From contig JAGCNM010000037.1 of assembly GCA_017645955.1 (NCBI GenBank), positions 1 to 61,782 of the forward strand: a DNA stretch of 61,782 nt. The letters are read 5' to 3'. The notes below the pieces were generated by a model that was not told where the DNA came from, did not search any database, and saw only the letters and a program-made list of their open reading frames with translations. Below are positions 37,856-49,641 of the stretch, piece by piece. The DNA comes from Candidatus Saccharimonadota bacterium. GTDB lineage: Bacteria; Patescibacteriota; Saccharimonadia; Saccharimonadales; Saccharimonadaceae. How positions within the stretch are numbered: the stretch's first letter is position 1; each line of letters opens with the position of its first letter. A program made the position numbers and the translations under genes.

Positions 37856-38875
37856 TTATATCACATTTCCCCTGTTTTGTAAATGCTTCCTCCCTTTTTC
37901 TGTTACGACTCTTCCCTTTGGCGTTCGCGCGAGAAGACCAAGTTGCAATAAATATGGCTCATAAAAATCTTCTATTGTTGTCGCTTCGTCCCCCGTCAAA
38001 GCCGCAATCGTCGTAAGCCCTACCGGTCTATCTCCATAATTCTCATACATGAGTCGAAGCATATTTCGATCCGCCGGATCTAATCCTAACTCATCTATCT
38101 CCATAAGCTCTAAAGACCGCGTAGCAGTTTCCCTATCTATTATCCCGTCCCCATTCACATCCGCAAAATCTCTTACCCGCTTAAATATTCGATTTGCAAT
38201 CCTCGGCGTTAGCCTAGACCTTGTCGCGAGTAGTTTTGTCGCATCCGGCTTAATCTCAGTCTTTAAAATCCCCGCCGTCCGGTTAATAATCTCCTCAATT
38301 TCCGGCTCTTTATAATACTCTAAACGATGAATAATCCCAAATCTATCCCTTAAAGGCCCCGCGAGTGACCCAGTTCGCGTTGTTGCCCCGATAACCGTAA
38401 ACTTCGGTAAATCTAACCTCACCGACCTCGCTGCTGGCCCCTTTCCGATTACAATATCTAATTTATAGTCCTCCATCGCAGAATATAAAACCTCTTCAAC
38501 CGCCCGACGCAACCTATGAATTTCATCAATAAACAAAATGTCTCCGTCTTTTAGATTCGTTAAAATCGACGCTAAATCTCCCGCTCGTTCAATTGCCGGC
38601 CCCGAAGTTACCCTAAGCGACGCTCCGAGCTCGTGCGCAATCACTCCCGCCATCGTCGTTTTCCCGAGTCCTGGCGGACCATATAATAATATATGGTCTA
38701 GCGTCGAGCCATCATTACGTTTTTTAACCGCCGAAATAGCTAACTTAAGATTATTCTTGAGATGTTCCTGTCCAATGTACTCAGAAAACGATGTCGGTCG
38801 CAACGAAATCTCAATCCGTTTTTCCTCCGGATTGTCCTCCGCTAACGTCGGCTCCACTAACCTCTCAATTGCCAT
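37856..38875 (-). CDS. ruvB: Holliday junction branch migration helicase RuvB
   Basis: [38 protein letters not shown]. Confidence 0.97.
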   Translation of the reverse strand: MAIERLVEPTLAEDNPEEKRIEISLRPTSFSEYIGQEHLKNNLKLAISAVKKRNDGSTLDHILLYGPPGLGKTTMAGVIAHELGASLRVTSGPAIERAGDLASILTNLKDGDILFIDEIHRLRRAVEEVLYSAMEDYKLDIVIGKGPAARSVRLDLPKFTVIGATTRTGSLAGPLRDRFGIIHRLEYYKEPEIEEIINRTAGILKTEIKPDATKLLATRSRLTPRIANRIFKRVRDFADVNGDGIIDRETATRSLELMEIDELGLDPADRNMLRLMYENYGDRPVGLTTIAALTGDEATTIEDFYEPYLLQLGLLARTPKGRVVTEKGRKHLQNRGNVI

Positions 38876-38953
38876 ATCTGTATTATACTAAAAAACTCTT
38901 AAGACCGCAAAGTATTGTATAATTAGTACAAGCAGATTAAAAAGGATTTGAAA

Positions 38954-39763
38954 ATGGGAGAAAGACTAAACACCAGTAATAATACAAACGACGATTGGCA
39001 AGCGCCGGGTCTCAGTTATCCGCCTTCAGAATGGGTCTATAATCACACCGACGTCAAGCCTCAAGAAGTTGATCGCTTTGCACCCCAACCTACTGGCCTT
39101 TACGCTAATGCCGAACAAGCTTGGGGAGACATGTCTGAAGAAGAGCAACGAGCGAATCTTGAAAAACAACGTGAAGATCGCGAAACCGCTCAAGGGACCG
39201 TTGAATCAATCCTCGCAAAAGATGAACAAATGCTTCAAAACGTCGAAAAAATCGCTTTTGATGACAACATTCGCGCCGAATTTTTAAATGATTATAACGC
39301 GGCCACACTCGAACTCATCAACAAATACAACGGCGATTACTCCGAACAAGCCTCCGAAGAAGTGAATGCCTTCATCGGCGATTATTGTGCCGTGATTATG
39401 ACAATGGATAATTTACAACGCGCCGAAGGCCAGAGGCTTCTCGATGTCGCGAGTAACGGCGATCAAATCACGAGCGAAACCGGCGGCCTCGAACATATCG
39501 TCCGTTTTATGCAACAACGTCGAAAAAATGGTTGCAATGTCGACATCCCAGTCCCAATTCAATACTCCGAAGACAACCCACATCCTAAATTAGATGGCGT
39601 AGTAGTAACTAGCTGGCTTGAACAGCGTCTCGGTCGAAAAGAAATTGACACAACCGATAGCACAAACACCCTTAAAGAACAAGTAACCACAAAACTCACC
39701 GGTAAAACCGCTTACCAAAGATTTCAAGAACGCATGGCAGCTAGAAGAGACGCTAAGCAATAA
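38954..39763 (+). CDS. hypothetical acidic protein
   Basis: Long ORF with host-like codon usage; AAGGA upstream of ATG 38954. Confidence 0.7.
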   Translation: MGERLNTSNNTNDDWQAPGLSYPPSEWVYNHTDVKPQEVDRFAPQPTGLYANAEQAWGDMSEEEQRANLEKQREDRETAQGTVESILAKDEQMLQNVEKIAFDDNIRAEFLNDYNAATLELINKYNGDYSEQASEEVNAFIGDYCAVIMTMDNLQRAEGQRLLDVASNGDQITSETGGLEHIVRFMQQRRKNGCNVDIPVPIQYSEDNPHPKLDGVVVTSWLEQRLGRKEIDTTDSTNTLKEQVTTKLTGKTAYQRFQERMAARRDAKQ

Positions 39764-39776
39764 TACTTTTCTTTTA

Positions 39777-39849
39777 TTAGCGGTCTTGACATACGAGTGC
39801 TAGTGCGCTACAATAGAGACAATTAGCACTCACATACAACGAGTGCCAA
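39777..39849 (+). promoter_or_regulatory. dnaK sigma70 promoter with two CIRCE operators
   Basis: TTGACA (39786) N17 TACAAT (39809); CIRCE TTAGCGGTC-N9-GAGTGCTAG at 39777-39803 and TTAGCACTC-N9-GAGTGCCAA at 39823-39849. Confidence 0.92.
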
Positions 39850-39875
39850 CGCAAAGTAAAAGAAAGTGAGGAAAA

Positions 39876-41765
<1,890 letters not shown>

Positions 41766-41776
41766 TCATCACTAAC

Positions 41777-41804
41777 AAAAACAGGGCCAAAAGCCCTGTT
41801 TTTT
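41777..41804 (+). terminator. dnaK terminator
   Basis: AAAAACAGGGC-CAAAA-GCCCTGTTTTTT. Confidence 0.8.
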
Positions 41805-41945
41805 AAGGTTTTAAACATCCAATCGGAACCACAAATCTAACATCATTTTTTCAATATTTTATATTATGCGACCAGACATTTTAGCTTGGTCGCATCCTTA
41901 CGTAGTTGATTTGGGTTAAAAAGGCGGGAGGGGAAAAACTAGAAA

Positions 41946-43595
41946 CTAGGAATTACCTCCGCCGCCACCGCCCTCTGAAGTAGAGGAGACGACTGGGCGA
42001 GCTACGCAACGGATAGAGGTACCGCCGCCGCGAAGGCCGTAGTAGGACGGATCGGCGTTGCCATCGACACCGAAGAACGCGCCCCTCGCACTGATCTCAT
42101 CGCCGACGACCGGCGACCAGAAGCCGCCGTCGATCCCGACATTGAGCAGCACGCCATTGAAGTACCCACTAGCGGGGAAGTAAAGTGGACTACTCCACAC
42201 ATTAGAGATGTTAGTAAAACCATCGTTTTCATCATAGCCGTACTCTTCCCAAAGGGCTTGGAAGGAGTCATCGCCATTACCAATTCTAGGAAGGGTCCAG
42301 CCAGCTGGACAAATAGATTGTTCTATTAGCTCGCCGCTCGTATCGTAGTCACTGCTATCGTTCATGGCCACAGCAGCGGTCCAGTTATAGTAGTTACCTA
42401 AATGAAGCTGAGCGGTACCAGTACTAGATGTATAGGTTCCGATTGGATTAATACCTAAGCAGCTAGGAGTAGAGGTACTGTAGTCACAAGTACCGTAATA
42501 TGTTTCCCAGTCGCTATAGGCACTTAAAGTAGAGTTCCAGTAAAGGTCGCCTGGGTCGTAAGATTCGGGGGTGTCGTTCTCTTCGCAATAACCATATTCT
42601 GTATTAAAGAGTCCGCCTTGGCACCAAGTTGTAGTTTGTGAATTACTAGTCGCGTAAGTAGAGCGCATTGGACTCCAAGCCGCCGTTTCGTATTCGCCAG
42701 TCGTCGTGTTATAGCCAATATCGGTGTCCTCGTTTGTATAAGTATCACCAGCAACAAGGTCTAGGTCTAAATTCTGGGTCATCCAGACATTACCATCGGC
42801 AAGTTTAGCGATAGTGTATTCTTTTCCATCACGTTTGTCCTTTAGTGTATATTGTGTACCCGTAGCAAGTGAAGTCATAATCGCATCATGATTCTCTCCT
42901 GCGAAATCTTGCATACATTTTACTTCTGAGATAGTGGTTGCATTAGGATTACAGGCTACTGGAGCTGAATGAGTGTTTGGATGTACCATTACATACTTAA
43001 CCTTACCAGTATAAGTATCCGCAGGTTGAGTATTAGAAATGAAGACTTGGTAGGTAGTAGTAAGTATGGAACCGGTAGCTCCAGTACCTACATCAGTAGC
43101 GGCAGTACGTTTAGCTACTAATGTATAGTCGTCTGGTACTGTATGGAATGAATCAAAGCTGTTTTGGATAGTAATAGGATAAGCCGGTTCTGGACTAGTC
43201 TGTGTCGCTAGTTTCATAGCCCATTGTGAGTTACCGGAAGTAGAAGTTCCAGTAGGAATGTTAACTGGAGAGGTTAGAGTAGTAGAAACTAGATTATTAT
43301 TACCATCTGTATTATTAGTATATCCAATAGCATATATAGCAAAGCCATTACTATCATTACAGAAGGCTTTTAGTGTGGTAGTTCCTACTTCTGAATTATA
43401 AGTACCCGGGTTAATGGTTGCGTTATGGGAGTTCATGCCAATACCTTCCAATGAACAGGCGGCTGGAACTGTAATATTAATAACATCTACTACTGAGTCA
43501 TCAGCAGAGACAATACTAGAAGATAAGACAAAACTAGAAAGAATAGTCAAAAAAGATAGAATAACTGCTGGAGCGTATGACCTATTAATGCTCAT
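41946..43595 (-). CDS. secreted FISUMP/CLec-like protein; putative DGR target 2; start at ATG 43595
   Basis: Close paralog of 28028-29704; TATACT 6 nt before MSINRSY; C-terminal SIRCVARPV. Confidence 0.85.
   Translation of the reverse strand: MSINRSYAPAVILSFLTILSSFVLSSSIVSADDSVVDVINITVPAACSLEGIGMNSHNATINPGTYNSEVGTTTLKAFCNDSNGFAIYAIGYTNNTDGNNNLVSTTLTSPVNIPTGTSTSGNSQWAMKLATQTSPEPAYPITIQNSFDSFHTVPDDYTLVAKRTAATDVGTGATGSILTTTYQVFISNTQPADTYTGKVKYVMVHPNTHSAPVACNPNATTISEVKCMQDFAGENHDAIMTSLATGTQYTLKDKRDGKEYTIAKLADGNVWMTQNLDLDLVAGDTYTNEDTDIGYNTTTGEYETAAWSPMRSTYATSNSQTTTWCQGGLFNTEYGYCEENDTPESYDPGDLYWNSTLSAYSDWETYYGTCDYSTSTPSCLGINPIGTYTSSTGTAQLHLGNYYNWTAAVAMNDSSDYDTSGELIEQSICPAGWTLPRIGNGDDSFQALWEEYGYDENDGFTNISNVWSSPLYFPASGYFNGVLLNVGIDGGFWSPVVGDEISARGAFFGVDGNADPSYYGLRGGGTSIRCVARPVVSSTSEGGGGGGNS
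41990..42182 (-). repeat. putative DGR variable region VR2
   Basis: Same length as VR1, with identical 29-nt 3' end and 18-nt 5' end. Confidence 0.85.
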
Positions 43596-43656
43596 GGTTA
43601 TAGTATACACTACCATAGAAAAGAGTCAAGTTATCAAAACATGTTATAATAACCTT

Positions 43657-44409
43657 ATGAAAATCATCATTCCCGAATTAGAAAATCCCTTCGTGAGAGC
43701 AGCCATTAAAGAATTTCCGGATGTCGAATTCATCCCGGCCGAAAACCTTGATGCTGCCGCCGAAATGTTAAAAAACCAAGAGGCCGATTCTATCATCTCC
43801 GGTATCGACTACCCTTCGCGCGACGTCGCCATCACTTTTAAAAACCATCTCCCTCTAAAATCCGCTTTCTTTTCAAGTAGCTTTATCTGCAAAAAAGACG
43901 ATAAAATCCTTGCTCTCGCCGACGGCGGCATCAATAAACAGCCTGACGCCGAAAAACTTTATTGTATTGTCGAAGATACCGCTGAGACTTTTAAAAACTA
44001 TACAAAAAAGCAACCTAAAATCGCCATGCTTTCCTATTCAACTTACGGTTCCGGCGGAAAAAATCCCGATCTCGAAAAAATCCATTTTGTCATCGAAAAA
44101 ATCCGCGAAAAGCATCCTGACTATCTCATCGACGGCGAAATGCAATTAGACGCTGCTATAAACCCGCGCATCGCCGCGAAAAAAACTCCTAATTCCCCGC
44201 TGGGCGGCGACGCCAACATCCTCATCACTCCCGACTTAAACTCCGGAAATATCCTTTATAAATCCCTCGAACAATTCGGCGGTTTTATCTGCGCCGGCCC
44301 CATTATCCAAGGCTTTAAAATGCCTCTCGCCGATCTCTCTCGTGGCAGTACCGTAGAAGATATTACTCTGACTATCGACATCATTAAAAAACAACTCGAA
44401 AGGAACTAA
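43657..44409 (+). CDS. pta: phosphate acetyltransferase family protein, short (about 250 aa)
   Basis: IIIPE, ALADGGIN..P, IAMLSYSTYGS, IDGEMQLDAA, PDLNSGNILYK, GPIIQG, DLSRG; leaderless ATG 43657. Confidence 0.85.
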   Translation: MKIIIPELENPFVRAAIKEFPDVEFIPAENLDAAAEMLKNQEADSIISGIDYPSRDVAITFKNHLPLKSAFFSSSFICKKDDKILALADGGINKQPDAEKLYCIVEDTAETFKNYTKKQPKIAMLSYSTYGSGGKNPDLEKIHFVIEKIREKHPDYLIDGEMQLDAAINPRIAAKKTPNSPLGGDANILITPDLNSGNILYKSLEQFGGFICAGPIIQGFKMPLADLSRGSTVEDITLTIDIIKKQLERN

Positions 44410-44410
44410 A

Positions 44411-45727
44411 ATGAAATACTTTGGTACCGACGGTATTCGTCAGAAAGCCGAAAAATTTACTCCCGAATTCTTGACTAAAATCGTCGCCGGACTTGTCGAC
44501 TACGCAGGCGATAATATTAAAGTCCTTCTCGGCGGCGACACTCGCGAATCAACCGAATGGATATTATCCGATCTCGAATCTGCTTGCGAAACTTTTGGTG
44601 TTGAATACGGAAACGTCGGAGTTTTACCTACTCCCGCGATTAACTACTGCTTTTACCAAATGGGCTTCGACTTCGCTATCGACGTCACCGCCTCTCATAA
44701 TCCCTATACTGATAATGGAATAAAAATTTTAGAACGCGGAAAAACATGTGGTCATAAGCTCGACGAAAAAGGTTGCTCGGTTATCGAAACCGCTCTCGAT
44801 TCGGAAAAAACCTACGCGCTCGCTTCGCCGACTTTAAGGGAAGATTTACATGAAGAAGCCGTTAATCTCTATAAAGAACATCTAAAAAATTATCTCGGCT
44901 CCGCCGACTTTAATGGCCTTAAAATCGGCATGGACTGCGCAAACGGCGCAACCAGCGTCATTAATAAAACTATTTTCGAAGAACTCGGCGCATCGGTTGA
45001 ATTAATTAACGCCGACGAACATTTCGGTACCGCCATTAACTCTAACTGCGGTAGCACTCATCTCGAACCCTTAAAAGAACTCGTCACTTCTCGTCATTTA
45101 GACTTCGGTGTCGCTTTTGACGGCGACGGCGACCGCTGTCTCATGATTGATAAGAACGGCGAAGAAGTCGACGGCGACGAAATTATCCCTATTCTCGCGA
45201 ACTACCTCAATCTCGATAAAATCGCTATTACTGTCATGGCTAACCAAGGCATTTTAAACTGGGCAAAAGAGAACCATATTGAGACCGAAATCACTCCCGT
45301 CGGCGACTCAAACGTCGCCCTTGCGATGCGCGAAAAAGATATCAAAATCGGGGGGGAACAATCCGGCCACGTCATTCTCCCAAACGAAACTACCGGCGAT
45401 GGTATGTTGACGGCCCTCATGGTGGCTAAAGTCGTTTCGGAAACGAAAAAACCTCTAGAAGAACTCGCTAAAATCATTACGAAATACCCTCAAGTCATCG
45501 TTAATATGGACGCCACTCCCGCCGAAAAGGAAAGTCTAAAAACTTCCGAAAAAGCAAGAGAGTTACTATTAGCTTACGATGAAAAACTAAAATCTATCGA
45601 AGGCCGTTTACTCGTCCGTCCGTCCGGAACCGAAAATCTCATTCGGATTACGATGTGGGGAAAGAATGAAGAGGAAATCACCACTCTCGCTAACGAACTA
45701 AAAACTAAACTAGGAGAAGCCTTATGA
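44411..45727 (+). CDS. glmM: phosphoglucosamine mutase family
   Basis: YFGTDGIR, TASHNP, DGDGDR, GGEQSGH, RPSGTE. Confidence 0.92.
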   Translation: MKYFGTDGIRQKAEKFTPEFLTKIVAGLVDYAGDNIKVLLGGDTRESTEWILSDLESACETFGVEYGNVGVLPTPAINYCFYQMGFDFAIDVTASHNPYTDNGIKILERGKTCGHKLDEKGCSVIETALDSEKTYALASPTLREDLHEEAVNLYKEHLKNYLGSADFNGLKIGMDCANGATSVINKTIFEELGASVELINADEHFGTAINSNCGSTHLEPLKELVTSRHLDFGVAFDGDGDRCLMIDKNGEEVDGDEIIPILANYLNLDKIAITVMANQGILNWAKENHIETEITPVGDSNVALAMREKDIKIGGEQSGHVILPNETTGDGMLTALMVAKVVSETKKPLEELAKIITKYPQVIVNMDATPAEKESLKTSEKARELLLAYDEKLKSIEGRLLVRPSGTENLIRITMWGKNEEEITTLANELKTKLGEAL

Positions 45728-46164
45728 ATATTAAAATATTAACTGAATATAGCGAAGAGACCGCGAACCGCGTTCGCGAACTCTTAATCCAACTTTCGCG
45801 CAGCGGAAAAGACCGTGGCGAAATCCCGAAAGAATGGTTTGATGACCTTATCGCCTCCCCTTATCACGACATGCTCGTCGCCTACGATGATGATAATAAA
45901 ATCGTCGGCATCGCTACATTGTCTATTATCATGGGGCCAATCGTTAGAAAAGTCGCTTATCTCGAAGATTTCGTTACAGACGCGGCATTGCGCGGAAAGG
46001 GCATTGGCTCTGCCCTTTGGAATGCAATGTTAGACTGGGCAAAAGAAAAAGGTTGCACCGAACTTTGCTTTACTTCTGGCCATGGCCGTGAAGCCGCCCA
46101 AACCTTCTACCTAAACCGCGGCGCCGAAATCTACGATACGAATTACTTCCGCAAAACTCTGTAA
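45724..46164 (+). CDS. GNAT acetyltransferase, GNA1-like
   Basis: AYLEDFVTD...RGKGIG, FY...G; ATGA overlap with glmM. Confidence 0.8.
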   Translation: MNIKILTEYSEETANRVRELLIQLSRSGKDRGEIPKEWFDDLIASPYHDMLVAYDDDNKIVGIATLSIIMGPIVRKVAYLEDFVTDAALRGKGIGSALWNAMLDWAKEKGCTELCFTSGHGREAAQTFYLNRGAEIYDTNYFRKTL

Positions 46165-46214
46165 AAAGTATACCTTTTTATAAATTTATATTAAAACAAT
46201 TCAAACTAGTAATC

Positions 46215-48050
46215 CTAACTACCAGAAAAGAGGCAGCGAATGCTCCTTCCGTAGGATTTGTAATAGTTATGGCTTGGATTGACACTAGTAGAACTCAGGC
46301 CAAAATCATACGCTAGGTTAGGCGACGTTGTCGCTGTAGACGACCAATAACCACTGTACGAACCACGACCACTTCCTGAACCACTACTACTAACGTCGCC
46401 AGAATAAACAAAATTATTAGGATAACTCCTAAATCTACTAGACATAACTACTCCTGTTGGATTAGAGCTACTATCTGCAATAGCTCCACCTTCTGGACCA
46501 CCCAAAGCTACACTAAGTGCGCCAAAGCTTCTATCTGTTACAGATTGGTTACTTATTGGCAATCTCCATCCAGTAGGACAAATCGAAGTAGTACCATGAT
46601 CGCTACCATCGGCATAATGAACAGTATCCGCGATAGCAGCAGCCCAAGTGTAGTAGTTACCATAACTATACATACCAGCATTAGTGGTACTATTGGTAGC
46701 TGAGTTGGATGTAGGATTCTGTGGACGATCCGAAGAGGCAGTTGGGGTATTCATATTGTTATAACGCGGGAATCTGTAACCTGCAATGCTATTACCAATA
46801 TTTATCGTATTATTACTACCGTCTATACTATATAGACTATTGGCGGTAGTATCGTCAATTCCCCATAAAGCTTCTGGAGCCGCTAAACCAGAAAAATTAC
46901 CATAAGTAATGCTTGTACCATAACCTTGAGCAAGGGCTCCGTCACCGTTATGACCTGCGGTATTTTCTAACCTTAAATTTTCAATCATCCAGCAGTTACC
47001 ATCCGCGAGTTTAGCGACCGCGTAGGTTTCGTTATCCCGCTGGTCAGTTAAAGCCGTAACGGCGCCTTCTTGGAGAAATGGACAACCGGTCCAATCTTGG
47101 AGATTACCAGCGGATTTAATCCAATGAGCGTAGAGGGAAAGGCCATTGTTTTGTCCAGTGTAGGTTCCAGCGGGGAATTCAATGTATTCTTGCGGGCCAT
47201 AGAAGCCTTCTGAATCAGAATAGTCATAAGTCGTAGACCAACCAGCGAAGCCGTAGCCATCGCGGCTGAAGTTAGAAGCGAGAAGCGTAGCATTGGTAGT
47301 AGATGCCGTAATCGTCTGGCACCCCATCGAACCTAGAACCATACCGCCATTAGGATAGTAGCAGATTTTACCAGCTTCAGTAGTCTCTTCGTGAAGCGGG
47401 ATTTCAGTAGCTGGATGAACTAGAGTGTAGATGACTTTACCATTATAAGTACCAGCAGGTTGTTCTGGAGAAGCATAGGCTCTATAAGTAGTAGTGAGGG
47501 TAGCACCAATAGCATTAAGGCCCATGTCTGTAATACCATTTCTTGAAGCTACTTTAGTGTAAGCTGAGGGAATTACGTGATAAGAACCGAATGAACCATT
47601 AGTATCAGAAGCTAGAGTGATTGGATAAGTAGCATTACTATCAGTAGTTAGTTTCATAGCCCATTGGGAGCTATTACCATTTAGTAGTAAACCAGTATCA
47701 ATAGTGTCTGTACCGGATGAGGCTACTAGTTTAGTACTATTAGTACCTCCTACTTCATTACCAGTATATCCTGCAGCATAGATAGCGAAGCCTTCATTAT
47801 CGTTACATGTTACAGTGAGAGTTGTAGAACCAATGTCTTCTTTATATGTACCGTTACTTACTATATCCGTATGAGCGGAGTTTAGTGTACTAGATAGTGT
47901 ACAGGAGACTTGGATGGAGAGAGAAACATTATCTATGACGGAGTCGGCGGCGGAGACATTATAAGAAGAGAGAATCAAGAACGAAAAAAGAGAACAGCTA
48001 ACCAAGAAAAAACACAAACAAATCATTAAAGACTTGGCGCTTTTTACCAT
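46215..48050 (-). CDS. secreted FISUMP/CLec-like protein, third paralog; start at ATG 48050
   Basis: Same N-terminal domain as the two DGR targets; DQRDNETY..KLADGNCWMIENL, GNYYTWAAA, SICPTGWRLP, SIRCL. Confidence 0.82.
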   Translation of the reverse strand: MVKSAKSLMICLCFFLVSCSLFSFLILSSYNVSAADSVIDNVSLSIQVSCTLSSTLNSAHTDIVSNGTYKEDIGSTTLTVTCNDNEGFAIYAAGYTGNEVGGTNSTKLVASSGTDTIDTGLLLNGNSSQWAMKLTTDSNATYPITLASDTNGSFGSYHVIPSAYTKVASRNGITDMGLNAIGATLTTTYRAYASPEQPAGTYNGKVIYTLVHPATEIPLHEETTEAGKICYYPNGGMVLGSMGCQTITASTTNATLLASNFSRDGYGFAGWSTTYDYSDSEGFYGPQEYIEFPAGTYTGQNNGLSLYAHWIKSAGNLQDWTGCPFLQEGAVTALTDQRDNETYAVAKLADGNCWMIENLRLENTAGHNGDGALAQGYGTSITYGNFSGLAAPEALWGIDDTTANSLYSIDGSNNTINIGNSIAGYRFPRYNNMNTPTASSDRPQNPTSNSATNSTTNAGMYSYGNYYTWAAAIADTVHYADGSDHGTTSICPTGWRLPISNQSVTDRSFGALSVALGGPEGGAIADSSSNPTGVVMSSRFRSYPNNFVYSGDVSSSGSGSGRGSYSGYWSSTATTSPNLAYDFGLSSTSVNPSHNYYKSYGRSIRCLFSGS

Positions 48051-48075
48051 AATAATTATATTATAGCACAAACAG

Positions 48076-49641
48076 TTACGACAACCTAACCTTATTATCA
48101 AATAAATACATTAATTCGGGCAATAAATAAATATGTAACGCGTTCGGCAATCCTGAGAAGAATACAAGGGAAACACCATACGCAACAATTAGCGACAATA
48201 CCAAAACTCCTCCCGAATTCTTAATTAAGGATTTTACGATTAAAACCATAGTCAACACGAAAAGCATCACCCCAACTAATCCCGTTTCTAATAATAAACT
48301 TGCATATTGATTTTGGACTATTTCTTTCGGCGCCGGCGACAAATCGTTTTCGTATAAAGCTCTCCCCGCACCCCCGAGCCCGACTCCGAATAACATTGTC
48401 CTAAAATCCTTCTTCCAAACCATCACTGCCGCCCCCGAAAGTCTTAATCTCGTATTTGTCGACTCCGCTACGTAACCATCAAAAACCGATTCATTTTCTT
48501 CCCACTCCTCCTTAAAGTTTTCCACAGGTTTTTCCGCAACATCTTTTTGCCTAAAGTCAATAGTTCCAAGTGATAAATGGTTTAAAGCCTTTGCAATTCC
48601 CGACTGATAAGTGTCATTCGTCGGCGAAACCGCCGCCATAATTCCCTGCGCGTTTAGAGTAAACAAAAATGCGAGAGCAATCGTTACCCATACACCAAAA
48701 ACCCGTTTTAAAACCTTTCCCTTTTCCCGCACCAACAAAACCGCAGTCAAAAATATCATCGCCACCATAAACGCATAAATCGCCCCTCTCGAAAACGTCA
48801 AAAACAACGTCGCAATAACTATGAAGAAACAGAACCACAGAAAATTAGAACATAAAGAGCACGAACCGTTGTCATTTTTACAACAGTCACGGACGAGATT
48901 TCTGTACTGAAATACAGAAGCGAGTCCGACTGACCTGTTGTAAAAATGACCATCGCGTGAGTGCTCCAGTTCTAATTTTCTGTGGTTCTGTTTCTCTATA
49001 GATTTCCGTCTTAATTTCTTATTATTTAGTTTCCTTATTATCAGCCATGCCGTGATTATACTCGGCGCGAGCAGTAAATTTCCCATAAACTGAGGTTCTA
49101 TCGCAAACCCATTCGGATGCGGAAACCCGAAACTAGTGTATGTGCATCCTGCGCAAAGTAAACTATACTCTCTTAAAACTCCACTTAAATCTAAAATGCA
49201 TTGCAAAAAACAAAAGAGACAAATAACAACTGTCGAACCAAAAAACCATTTTAAAAACTTTCGTAAAAACTCTTTATCAAATAACTCCCGAAAACTATAC
49301 ATTGCATAACCCGCAAAATAAATTAGCCAAACGATCCCAACCGTTAATGCCCCGCGTAAACTATTTAAAGACCAAAATACCGAAATTGTTAAAAATATAG
49401 GAAATAATAACCATACCCATTTCCCTTTCAGCCCAGAAAATAATTTCTTTCGTTTAATTAATACAAAAAACGTCACTAAATCAAACAGTACCAACCATAT
49501 TAGCGGCAACGAAATCTCAAAATTCATCGATTCATCCGACCCAAAATGCATCAACGGATAATACGAAAAAAACAAAACTAGAGGCAAAATACAAATCATC
49601 CCCTGAATCATTTTGTTTAGTTTATTTAAGCTTTTCATCAA
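48076..49641 (-). CDS. O-antigen ligase/polymerase family protein with an in-frame palindromic insertion
   Basis: Multiple TM helices; GFAIEP, LTFSRGA, FGVGLG, N.Y..LL.ETG..G. Confidence 0.85.
   Translation of the reverse strand: MMKSLNKLNKMIQGMICILPLVLFFSYYPLMHFGSDESMNFEISLPLIWLVLFDLVTFFVLIKRKKLFSGLKGKWVWLLFPIFLTISVFWSLNSLRGALTVGIVWLIYFAGYAMYSFRELFDKEFLRKFLKWFFGSTVVICLFCFLQCILDLSGVLREYSLLCAGCTYTSFGFPHPNGFAIEPQFMGNLLLAPSIITAWLIIRKLNNKKLRRKSIEKQNHRKLELEHSRDGHFYNRSVGLASVFQYRNLVRDCCKNDNGSCSLCSNFLWFCFFIVIATLFLTFSRGAIYAFMVAMIFLTAVLLVREKGKVLKRVFGVWVTIALAFLFTLNAQGIMAAVSPTNDTYQSGIAKALNHLSLGTIDFRQKDVAEKPVENFKEEWEENESVFDGYVAESTNTRLRLSGAAVMVWKKDFRTMLFGVGLGGAGRALYENDLSPAPKEIVQNQYASLLLETGLVGVMLFVLTMVLIVKSLIKNSGGVLVLSLIVAYGVSLVFFSGLPNALHIYLLPELMYLFDNKVRLS
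48825..48995. repeat. 171-bp palindrome with perfect 27-bp outer arms inside the ligase gene
   Basis: AGAAACAGAACCACAGAAAATTAGAAC at 48825-48851 and its reverse complement at 48969-48995; inner 16-bp stem 48871-48886/48935-48950. Confidence 0.95.

Noticed and set aside
43414-43656. N-terminal extension making Pta 331 aa
   Set aside because: It overlaps the divergent FISUMP gene; Pta similarity and a leaderless promoter both point to ATG 43657.
46215-46420. 3' ends of the third FISUMP gene and of the 2244-aa gene (about 54077-54290) as targets of the same DGR template
   Set aside because: They lack the 29-nt and 18-nt conserved ends, have indels relative to VR1/VR2, and are not GC-rich NNY blocks.
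48518-48526. DnaA-box-like TTTTCCACA (also near 60899) as a replication origin
   Set aside because: Isolated single matches, one inside a CDS; no cluster and no evident change in strand skew.
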